From Diadema antillarum (Eukaryota): DNA of 64,000 nucleotides. The stretch covers positions 558,001 to 622,000 of the forward strand of contig NW_027272472.1 in NCBI RefSeq assembly GCF_040938485.1, read 5' to 3'. The notes beneath the pieces were generated by a model that searched no databases, was not told the origin of the DNA, and was given only the letters and a program-made list of their open reading frames with translations. Shown piece by piece: positions 13,101 through 23,274 of this stretch. The first letter of the stretch is position 1, and the number at the start of each line of letters is the position of its first letter. Made by a program: the position numbers and the translations under genes.

Positions 13101-16100
13101 AAGAAATGATAAAATCGATCCCCACAATTTTTTTGTTAGTGCTGAAACACTTCATATTTTATTTCGTTCTTCACTGACAAAGAAAAATGGTCAGTTGATA
13201 AAGCAATGAAAACTATCTTTTATACCACTTCAGACTTGAATAAGCGCTTACATTTCAAACATGTAATCGAAATTTAGTATTACAAAATTGACAGTTCATT
13301 TGAAAACTACATTGTCCGCTTATTGTTATAACATAATCATATTCTGAAGGTATTTGACAGAATAGATAATTGTATTTCTATACACACGTTGCAGGAAAGG
13401 CTAGCTGCGGAACGGGTTAAAATAACAATACAGTGTAGTTTCTTTCTTTTTTTCTCTGCCAGATTAAGATTCAGATAAGCGGAAGAAAATTAATAATTCT
13501 GTGGAACATATACCTGCGTCCCCTTAATTAACACCAACGTCCATTACCCTGCATATCAGCACTTTAAAACGCACCAACGATCACTAATTCTACGTTTAAT
13601 TAGATCACTGACTTTGAGCGGTATATAACGGCTCAGGAGGTGAAATAATTAAATGAATACACCCTTTTTTTTTGAATGTCAAATATAAACGACAACCTCA
13701 AAACCAGAACAATTCCAAGAAACTGACCATGCCCCTTATTACCTAGCAAATATTCTATTTTTTTTTCCAGTATATCAGTTGGACCCTCTTCGTGCACTTG
13801 GATATGTAATTATTCATTATGCCTGTTTCAGAATGTTTGTCAAAATATGAATCGATAAGCACTAAATCAATAAGAATGGTACGGAACGGTATATCGAATG
13901 GCATAAGTAAATTCGAACTTTACGAATTTTCATTTCTTTTTTTTTAACAAATGAATTATTTTTCAATGTGGAAATAAAGGCAAAAAGAAATTATTCAAGG
14001 AATGATTTTTTAACTGACTGAAATACACAAGAGATAATATACAATGTATATCATATATAATAAATATTATGGATACTATCATTAAGCTAACTGATTGAAA
14101 ATATGGAGTTAACAGTAATGTGTTGCGCATTCTATATTACATTGTGACCCTGCATCACAAAACCGACAAAAAGTCGCCAGACATTGATTTTCAGTTGAGG
14201 ACAGATTCTTTTAGAGCAGACTCTGAGCTTTAAAATGATGTATAACTAAATTCAAATGGTCTCCCCTAACCTATCTAAATACTAGAAAGAAAGCACACAC
14301 TCTGAAAAAGATTGAACTGAGAAAAGAGGCTTTGAAGAACAGGGTCTATTCAAGCAATTAATCTTTACCAAGTCGTGCTAGCTATGCAATGAAAGGGACA
14401 AACGCAGGATGTAAACCACCGGGACAACAATGAAGGAATTATCAGATTGAACTGAAATTGCGCATGTTCTATTAACACATTCTGCCCTCAATTAATGTCG
14501 ATTTTCAAAGCAGTACAATTATCCTTTCAAAAGTTATTAAACTTGAAAGTGAATAGTGAGTAAAGGATTTCAGGAAATGAAAAGAGGACCTGAAGACATA
14601 CCTGATCATTCTGTTACCCCCCCCCCCAAAAAAAAAAAAAATGGTTGTAGAAAAACTGCTGAAAACACACTCTCCCATTCATGTTATGATCCAAAACTGA
14701 AGAATAATGTACAAGGATTGCTCTTTCAGAAAATATGAAAAACTCAAGACTGACTCGGTTGACCCATTTTACTTTTTTTGAGTCCTCGCGTAAAATAAAG
14801 GGGTGCGACTTTTAGTTCGCTTTGTGATGCACGGTCACATTTACAGTGGTGAAACATAGTACCAAATTTTGTTTGATTCATAGTTCTTCGAATATTTTTA
14901 ATTAAATAAGAAAACCACATTGCTCCAGGCATGTGCTTTTGTTTGCTAAACATGTCACTCATCATCAATCTTACGACCAGAGGATAACTAAAACCTAAAG
15001 ACCATTTGAAATAATTACATGGACACATGAGTTTAAGTAAGGCCTGACATCACTGTCAAATATTGGTGGTAAAGATGTTAGGGAGGGGTGTTTATGCTTG
15101 AGAGTCTTGAGAAAAAAAAAAGAAAAACATTGCAACGATTGGCATGTATAATTTCTCCACTTGTTGCTGAAGTACACTTTTGTTACACAGTACTGGCGGT
15201 GAAACATTGTCCTCTGAATCCGAACTGCTTTCTGTAGAGGTGTGATTCTGGAGATGAAGTGCCCTGCACTGTTGGTATCTGGATTAATTAAATTGCAGAA
15301 ACACAGACATGTAAATTATTACATGAATAATGTGACTTGGTGACCTTGGAAATCTTAACACATCCAGGGCCTTTTCTATCAAAAAAAATAATAAACACAA
15401 TTTCAAGATTACTCTGAATTGCTCTGTTACGTTTCAAATTGGTAAATGCATTGCCAGAATGGCACAATATGTATTCAACGATGAAGTAGCACAAGATTGT
15501 GAAGATGTTTCCCTGAAAACCTGAATGCATAATTCTCTGAACGCTAGGAATCCATTTTTTTTTTCCGGGAGACAGCCCTATGATTTTTTTTTTTTTTGCT
15601 TCATTTTAAATGGGTGTCTAGAGTTTTCTTTCATCGTGCTTTAGGGTCTATCTACATCTTGATACTAGGTCAAATGAGGGTGTAGGCCTAGATAATCACA
15701 TTATGTTTTGTTCCCTGGCATATTAGTTTCATGTCTATGTAAATTACAAGGTTGTGATCCGTTTCATGAAAGCCTATTAAGGAGAGACTTTTCGCTCATA
15801 AGACACATCTATGAGAGATTCAAATATGTAATGACTCCATAAAACGGACCCCTCTAGCTCTGAGCCCTTCTTAATAACAGCGTACAGCCCGTACAGGTAT
15901 TAATACTTCATCTCGGCCTACAAACTAGACGTTTCTACAGGCACGAACATCATACACATTTACTTCTACGCAACTGACAAGCAAATAAAAAGGGGAAAGT
16001 CTAAATGGACAGACGTTTGTCCAGGGGGAAAAAATGGTAATGCTGGCAAAGCGTGAATTTAATACATGTAGACCTATATGTTTTCGGGGGGGGGGGGGGT

Positions 16101-18069
16101 GTTGATAACTCATAGCATACAGGGATCACAGTACGTGGGCCCAGGTTAACTTGAAAGTTGCGTTGTACAGTAGGAACATCAGACACTTGTCTTGAACGTC
16201 TCTAATCTTACGTTTCTGATAGCGTTGCAATGTCAAGTCAAATATTTCAAGTATGACAAAATAAACACCATTATCATAGATGACTAAAATCTACCCAGAG
16301 TTCTTACCTTCTTATGACATGGTACTTGGTATTTCATTGGATATTGACGTATTATTATCGTAGCTTGGCTGGAAGTGGTCCGCGTACGATGCGCGTAGCA
16401 CGTCTTAACACAGGGCGTCTATGTAATGTGCCGCTTCGTGAACTAACCAACACACAGAGCAATTAATTCCACGAAGCGGCACATTCGATAGTGCCACCTT
16501 TGTGAAATTACTGATCTGCGTTTTTGTGCCTTGTGCCACTTGTAGAAATACCAGTTTTTGCATAAATAAGCATAATTCTGACCTGAGATTCTGTGAAATG
16601 ATAGAGAATAACTAATACATAACAAAAATGAAGAAAACAGAAAATTGATTTTCTACGCGATTTTGGCCAAAGTGCCACTTCGTGGTGTCAACGACGAACC
16701 GTGCACCCTTTCCTCCTCCCGCGTTTTTGCATGTATAATATCCGGTGGCGGATCCGGGGGGTGGGGTGGGGGGGGGGTGGGGGTGGGGGTGGGGAGGCGC
16801 ACCAGGCGCACGCCCCCCCCTTTATTTTTTGTTAAAACAATAGAAATAAAGAGAAATGAATGGAGGGGGAGCGTGTGCCCCCCTTTAATTTTGTAAAGAC
16901 GCTTCCCCTTTACGGAATTCCTGGATCCGCTCCTGATATGTTATGCCTGCATTAATTTTTCAAAGCTTTGGTCTGGCGGATTAAAGACACGCATAAAAGC
17001 ACCAACACACACATACGAATAAAACACAAAAATAAACACACAAAAACAGACAGCGATACACTATCCAAGGATCAATTGATCAGAATGCAATACAGTGTAT
17101 TTGAATGGTGGTGATGTTGATCAAGGCGATAATCATAATGATCGTGACAATGATCACACTATGAACATAATTTTACACTATGATTGTGTACCCATACGAT
17201 ATGACTATTAATTCTTTCCAGGATTGCTGCCGTTTCCGCTGTTAAGTATCCGTCTGTTTTTCTTCACTTCCGTTTTATTTTGTTTTGTTGTTCCTAGTCC
17301 CATTGGACCTTGACGTGAAGGCAAAGGCAACTGTCTTGGGAGCCATGTTTTTGCTCGTGAGTACCGCTAATATCGCGATTGATGCCTTTTGACCATATCA
17401 ATCTGCTGCTAGATTTCAGTGCAACGTTATGATAATTCTTGGTGCGCGCAAAGTTCTATATAGGCCTACTTTCTTATAAGTGGTGCAGAGTGCTGTTATA
17501 CCATCCACTATGGGATCACGTGTGTTAATGATTTCCGACGAATCAGTCGAAGTTTTCAATTTCACCATGTTCGCGTCCTGCCGAAATATGCATGGCGATT
17601 TCATTTCCGTGGGTAATTCCACCGATTTGATAAGTGGTGGTTTTAGGTCATGGTTGAAATTAGAATTGTTCCCGTATTGAAAATTTGTTTGTCTCCTTCG
17701 AAGGTAAATCCTTTGTCAGTCGACTTAGAACTGAACAGCAACGAATCATCTCAGAAGCTATATTTCGAGGAAAACATGATGATTATTCTTTTCCAGAAAG
17801 CTGCTGCTGTGTGTCAATATAACTTCAAGCATGTCAAGACAACATTTTGCAAGCCTGGATGGCTGTGTTTCGAGTGAAAAGTTCTTGTTATATTCATACT
17901 TTATGTTACTGTAGACGGTTAAAGTTCATAAAACCCTCGTTTATAAACGCGCAGACCTTATTCTCTCATACCATGTTTGTTTGTAAACCATTTCATTTTG
18001 AACCCCTAATGTGCTTTCTCACCCAAACTGCAGGAATTCATGTTCTTCGAGCAAGAAAACCAGAGCTAA
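4213..18069 (+). CDS. PLSCR: Phospholipid scramblase family protein, paralog A (9 coding exons, 245 aa)
   Basis: Exons 4213-4227, 5726-5855, 6742-6819, 8385-8461, 9211-9341, 10393-10513, 11790-11880, 17298-17356, 18034-18069; all GT-AG, phases join, 738 nt. Protein: [118 protein letters not shown]...[10 protein letters not shown]...KVRGPCCFC...[47 protein letters not shown]. Hallmark scramblase motifs [26 protein letters not shown](M)FFE. The first exon (MASGV) is the least certain; M at 5732 is an alternative start. Confidence 0.93.
4591..5198. mobile_element. Kolobok-like MITE with long degenerate TIRs
   Basis: Left ...ATCCACC...AAAAATCGGATAAGAAATAAG...ATGACATTTT mirrored by AAAATGTCAT...CTTATTTCTTATCCGATTTTT...GGTGGATTTCCTCT; left end is decayed. 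Confidence 0.55.
5202..5584. mobile_element. Kolobok-like TTAA MITE, copy 1
   Basis: AGGGATAGT...ATCCCT followed by TTAA; aligns along its length with 50550-50950. Confidence 0.75.
6873..6940. repeat. Compound (TA)n(TG)n microsatellite
   Basis: Direct reading. Other long simple repeats: (CCT)n/(CT)n 9365-9482, (TA)n 10121-10163, 37805-37870, 38290-38350, 38597-38652, 49628-49684, (CA)n 56917-56947. Confidence 0.95.
7224..7788. mobile_element. PIF/Harbinger-like MITE, copy 1
   Basis: TIR AGGGCTTTTTACACTTGT...ACAAGTGTAAAAAGCCCT, 3-bp flanks TAG/TAA; nearly identical to 48431-48987. Confidence 0.85.
7990..8160 (+). repeat. Dispersed repeat with tandem ATAACGAACCTTATTTCATT subunits
   Basis: 3-4 imperfect ~40-bp units; the same units recur at ~40790-41000 and inverted at ~49310-49440. 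Confidence 0.6.
8894..8971 (-). pseudogene. Isolated vigilin (HDLBP)-like KH-region exon fragment with retained splice donor
   Basis: 8971-8900 reads [24 protein letters not shown], followed directly by GTGAGA (8899-8894). It matches 16/24 with the vigilin segment IRIEGDPQGVQQAKRELLELASRM as recalled. GC-rich, codon-like island in the AT-rich intron 4 of paralog A. Confidence 0.7.
10568..10816. mobile_element. Harbinger-like MITE, degenerate
   Basis: AGGCCTCGGTTTATCAA versus reverse complement of the end AGGGCCCTGTTTTATCAA; TSD unclear. Confidence 0.4.
11900..16696. mobile_element. 4.8-kb non-autonomous TIR DNA element, superfamily unassigned
   Basis: 31-bp perfect inverted termini CGTCGTTGACACCACGAAGTGGCACTTTGGC; AACC directly flanks both ends (11896-11899, 16697-16700). 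Seven subterminal CACGAAG(T/C)GGCAC motifs at 11912, 12182, 12408, 12459, 16428, 16470, 16672. No long ORF inside. Confidence 0.75.
14143..14839. mobile_element. TIR MITE (TGTGACC...GGTCACA) nested in the 4.8-kb element
   Basis: TGTGACCCTGCATCACAAAAC versus reverse complement of the end TGTGACCGTGCATCACAAAGC. Confidence 0.7.
16743..16935. mobile_element. hAT-like short MITE (GGATCC family)
   Basis: CGGTGGCGGATCC...TTTACGGAATTCCTGGATCCGCTCCTG; opposite orientation to 32746-32883. Confidence 0.6.
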
Positions 18070-20246
18070 GACCCAGTGCCTCCAAGGATACGAGAGAAAC
18101 GTTTCCCACGAACAGCGCCTCCTTTTGACTCGTTGCCAGACTACGAAAGGAGTCAAACCTTTGGACTCACTCACTGATAACTATTATAAGGGTCAAATCA
18201 TTCTCTTAACGTAATTCTATTAACCACTCTCCTTCCGAGGGGCTCAACACGGAATTGAAACCAAAATGTGACAATTGTTAAGACAGACAAACATGTTTCA
18301 TATAAAAATACATTTTATTCAAATATTCATGACCTTTAGACGCTAATGTAATGAACAACATATAGTCATCTTATAGTTAGGAACATTACTATAGTAACAG
18401 AAACAGTAACAGTTAGGAACAGTACTATAGTAAAAACGAGATCGCGCACACATCTGTTTACCCTGTGAGTAAACGAACCTTTCCTATATCCGTCATGGAC
18501 AAGTCTTTTACATGAAAGTTGATTATCTCAACGAAATGCATTGTGTGACCTATGTTTGAAAAAAGTAAACATATCATTAGATACAGTAGCAAGCGTGTCT
18601 TTCCTAAGTCGATAACATCTTTATATTTGTATAAAAAATGAAGTAAAACAGGGTTGTATTATATATTTTTCTCTTTCAATTTTCATATGGTATTGTTCAC
18701 TCTGAAGCATTCATAATTTTGTTGTTAAAATCATTGAATTACTAAATAAATCACAATCAGATTCATCTATATTTTCTCAAAGTCCTCATCAATTACTTTA
18801 ATGTTCCTGGACATCAGTTCAAAATCAAGATGAAAAGAGGGATGAAGTGATTCTATTTCATTCACTATTATATCATTATCATCATGCAATGCTCAATTCA
18901 TATGTCGTACAAAATATAACAAGCAGTTAGAGTCTATAGTCAATAACTGGAATGGTGGGAAGATTTAGTGGCCACTTTAAAGGCCGCTTTTAGGTATATA
19001 GAACTCAAACATTTTCATTTGTATACAGAATCGCACCATAAGTAATGTATTCCATCCGGCACTAAGACAAATTCATACACGCACCCATCCCTAACATACA
19101 CAAGCACATACAACAAACAAAAAATGGTCAACGTATCGTTTTTGACCGGCAAGTTGTAACGAAGTTTATCATAAACTTGCCAATATTTTTGGAAAGCATA
19201 ACACTACAACATGCTTAAAAGAATTATAGAGAATTACAAGATATCGCCATCTGAAGTGTTTAAATAAAGCCATATTCGTTTGTTTAAAGTGTCTACTTTC
19301 TCATCTCGGACTCATTATTGACGTATTTGTGTCACTGTGTCGGCTGTAGCAGCTGATAGCGGGACGGGTGGTGATAGCACGAGGATTATAACAGTCAGTG
19401 ACAATTGACATTTGGCTGGAGAAGAGAAATCGCAAATATGAACGGAATGAACCTGTACACAGCTTGATGACTATCAGCCCATCCTATGCTTCATTGAAAA
19501 AAAAATACAAAGTGGATATTCCGACACGTATACCATACACTGTATTTGATTCACAATCAATTAGTATGTTTACAAAACCATTAGAGAAGGATGACATAAA
19601 TAGATATTCTTGCCGTATCAAGGACCTAGGATCATCAAGTGTGCATGTTTTTTATGTGCCTTACTATATACTACTTGCACTTCAGTACGTCAGCGGTACA
19701 AGTATATACTTTTTTATGCAAATTCGTCTGACAAATTTTTGCAATGAACTACCACTCTTCAGCTCAAGTGATACAGGAGAAGGATGTCAACGCTGGAATA
19801 TGAATATAGATGATCTGGAGGATTTGTTTTCTTTTTGTTTTTCTTTCTTTTTAGAAGTGGGCAGAAAACATTAAGAAAAAACGTTTAAAAACATATGCTG
19901 CATATTTTCACGAAGAGTTTAGTGCATTGGTTTAATGTACAGACCAAAAGGCATCAATAGAGGTCAACATAATAACAATCGGCTGAGAATGAGAACACTA
20001 TGACTTCAGTGACAACTTAACGTCATTATCATTCTTACCACATGCATTTGGATCGCAGGGACATTTTAATATTGTCTATACAGGCCTACCACACATAAAA
20101 ACACACGAAATCGTCGTCACCGATACTCAGCAATCAAGCATATGCCATCATCGAACCTACAACAAGCTTACCAGTACTAATGATTGGTTCAGTAGAGAAC
20201 TATTTTGATATAGAAACAGAAATAATCATAATAGCATTCACACACG

Positions 20247-20285
<39 letters not shown>

Positions 20286-20363
20286 CTTAGTAATCAAGTG
20301 CGGTCCGTCAACAAGCCCGACAACTGTGGCCACTGATGCTTCAATGAATCGCGAATGATAGTA

Positions 20364-20536
20364 CAGTGCACTCCCGTTATAACGAACACGGTTATAACAA
20401 AATTTCGGATACGACGTAGTATGATTCAGGCTCCCAAAATATCAATTAGACATCTTTATACACTTTATTATTTTTTTCGGCTATAACGAAAGAAAACTGT
20501 CGGTCCAGACGACTTCGTTATAACGGGAGTTGCCTG
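20364..20536. mobile_element. Tc1/mariner-type MITE just downstream of the paralog B stop
   Basis: TA|CAGTGCACTCCCGTTATAACGAA...TTCGTTATAACGGGAGTTGCCTG|TA. Confidence 0.75.
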
Positions 20537-20752
20537 TAGAGGTACTCGGTTACATAAGCCGGCACAACAAGCTGACATTATTAACCAATATAGATAATCT
20601 CCATCAGTAAGCTGACAATAATAATCATAGATCAATGATAATTATGTAGCATAGCTTAATCTCAAGAACATACAATTGAAAGTGCGGATACATTCTTGCA
20701 GCTGGCGAGGAAAACATGGAGTCCTTTGACGTAGCAAAGAATGACTTCTTCC

Positions 20753-23242
20753 TTAGCGACGGCGGTTCTTTCTCTCAAAGTAGGCAAACTCCTATACAAA
20801 GTGAGTATTGAGATGATGATGATAATACAAACGAGCAAATATTGACGATGCATTTTGGGCCTGCAGTAATGCGAAATAAGAATTGCCACATGAAATGCCA
20901 AAACGGACGCAACACAGAGTTGAATGACTGTAGAGGGAATGGAGATGAATCTAATGACCCATTTAAATTAATCTATCCCAAAATAAATTCCTTAGCAAAA
21001 CCCTATAAGCAAAACCAAATCTGCTCTGTGAAATTGAAATTGAAATTGAAATTGATCAGCTTTATTGCCATCAAAAACACACAGACGGGTGAAAAGTCCG
21101 AAGACTTATAATTCCCGTTTACAAAATAAAAATTACACATAGATACACGAAGATACCTTATACAATGCAAAGAATATCATATCAATAAAGGAAGATTAAA
21201 TTAGTGAAGAATTGTTACAAACGCCAACGAACAACCAAAAAAGGCACATCATCAACAACCAAATTCATTGTAAATTGCACTGTGTAATACTCTTTTACGC
21301 ATATCTCTTCATATATATCTCTTCATATTTCTTCATAGATATCTCTTCAAAGATATCGAAATAATGAGTATTTTCATTCCTACGCGTTTTTCTACCTCAA
21401 ACTTTTAAAGGTTTGTTATTCATCAACAAAATCATTTCTTAAAGAGTATTATCATAATATGATATAGGCGTTACCATCAAAACAGGGCTAAGGGTCAACT
21501 TCCCCTGATATATAGGCACTGCCCTCACTAACTTCCCCTTTGCAACCCCCTGCTTCCCCCACCCCCACCCCGCTACTCCACCTTGCTGCTCCCCTGCCGC
21601 TCTTTTGCTGAGTGTGACCCTGTACATTCTTTTTAGTACTGGAGATACGCTTGATGCTGTAAAACGTGTAGTAATACATTCATGACATGCCATTTTGTTT
21701 GTACACAAACTCTTGAAGTCTTTTTTTTTCAATCGCATTTATGCCCAAGTCTCAAATCCTTACAATACTGATACCTGACTGATCATTTTCTGAAGTCATT
21801 CAGCCAGGAATAACATTGTCTTTTCGGCTCACTCATTCGTATAAACTATTAGAGAATTGTTTTGGCAAAGTGTAGAGAACTTCACAATTTCATACTCCCC
21901 TTATAGTCTTTATGTGTTTTTGTTTTCTTACCAAATCTTCACGGGTGTGCTTATAGATTTTTACTATTCATTTTTAGCTTATTATACCCTTTTCGCATAA
22001 TTGCGAATAATTCTTTCAAAGGTATGCAGCGGCAGTGCATGTATAAACAAATCTTCAGAAGTTATGATAATATTTTATACTCACGATTAAAAACATGGCG
22101 GCCATTAACGTCGCCTTTGTCCTCACATCCAGATCTTGTGGGACTGCAAAGGAGAGTGAAAATGAAATAACCCTGCTTTCAGAATTTTAGCAAATTTTCA
22201 TCCATAATGTATCTCATCGTAGCTTATCAAAACTGTATACTTATACGTCAGATAATTACCATGCTACACAATGTTCTCTTATATAGTTTATAAACACATT
22301 ATTTAAATATTATTCTGTTCGAATTCTGTTCAAGCAATGAAGTATTTACTGACTAGCAAATTATCATCAAAAATAGCCTCGTCCGTCATCAAAACTGTGG
22401 TAAACCAAGACTTGGTGCAGTAATTACAAATTGTGCGATGCTTTTTCGGAGTTAAATGTTGTCTCACTTAAGTCTACACACACGTGGACAGTAATCATTT
22501 TTGTGTAATGACAACCTGTTTGCAGCTTCCTACATTAATTCCGTCACATGAAACAAAACAAAGAAAGTAATCAATTGTATCTCTTTTGACAATATAAACA
22601 GCTAAAATAAAGACAGATACTCACAGGTCAAGCCGAAGTTATCTGCCTTGGTGTAAACTTCTCGGACCCATCCTCCCCACTGCTTGCTGATCACACCGAT
22701 GTTATGTTTCAAGTCGGTGGTTTTCACCTTCAGAAAAGCGGATTGAGCATCAAGCTTAGTTTAATTAAGAGACCAGATTATTACAGATATACTTATTTCT
22801 TAATGAAAGCAGTGATATCTGTGTAACTGTTCAACTCAAATCCAGTGAAATCACTAGAAGAAAAAAATACTCTGTTGTCCTTTCAATCAATGTTCGCGAA
22901 TCTACGAGGACACAGCAAACTATGGGTATAGCGGTCAGCAGTGTTAAACAGTCGACCTGATTGTGACTCCACTTGCACATCACATTTCGATTGATTACGA
23001 CATGCAGCCTACACAGTTGCTTTATATGAACGAACACTTCATGAGGTACACAGTTATTTACCTGTATGTATAGAGTAACATTACACGTGTCTACTTATCC
23101 ACTACTCTTCCTTAGCACAAAGTTATTCACAACTGGCCCAATGAGAAATAAGCTTGATGTCACTGCGAAATAACGTGCATGCCTGATTGAGATTTCAGTG
23201 GTACTGAACTCATCTGCTAAGTGTTTGCTAATATACACACAG

Positions 23243-23274
<32 letters not shown>

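Noticed and set aside
17650-17877. ORF containing LYFEE as the last exon of paralog A
   Set aside because: 18034-18069 has a proper CAG acceptor, phase 0 and EFMFFE, a far better match.
19398-19874. 158-aa ORF between A and B
   Set aside because: GTG start, AT-rich codons, no recognisable motif; lies in the probable 3' UTR zone.
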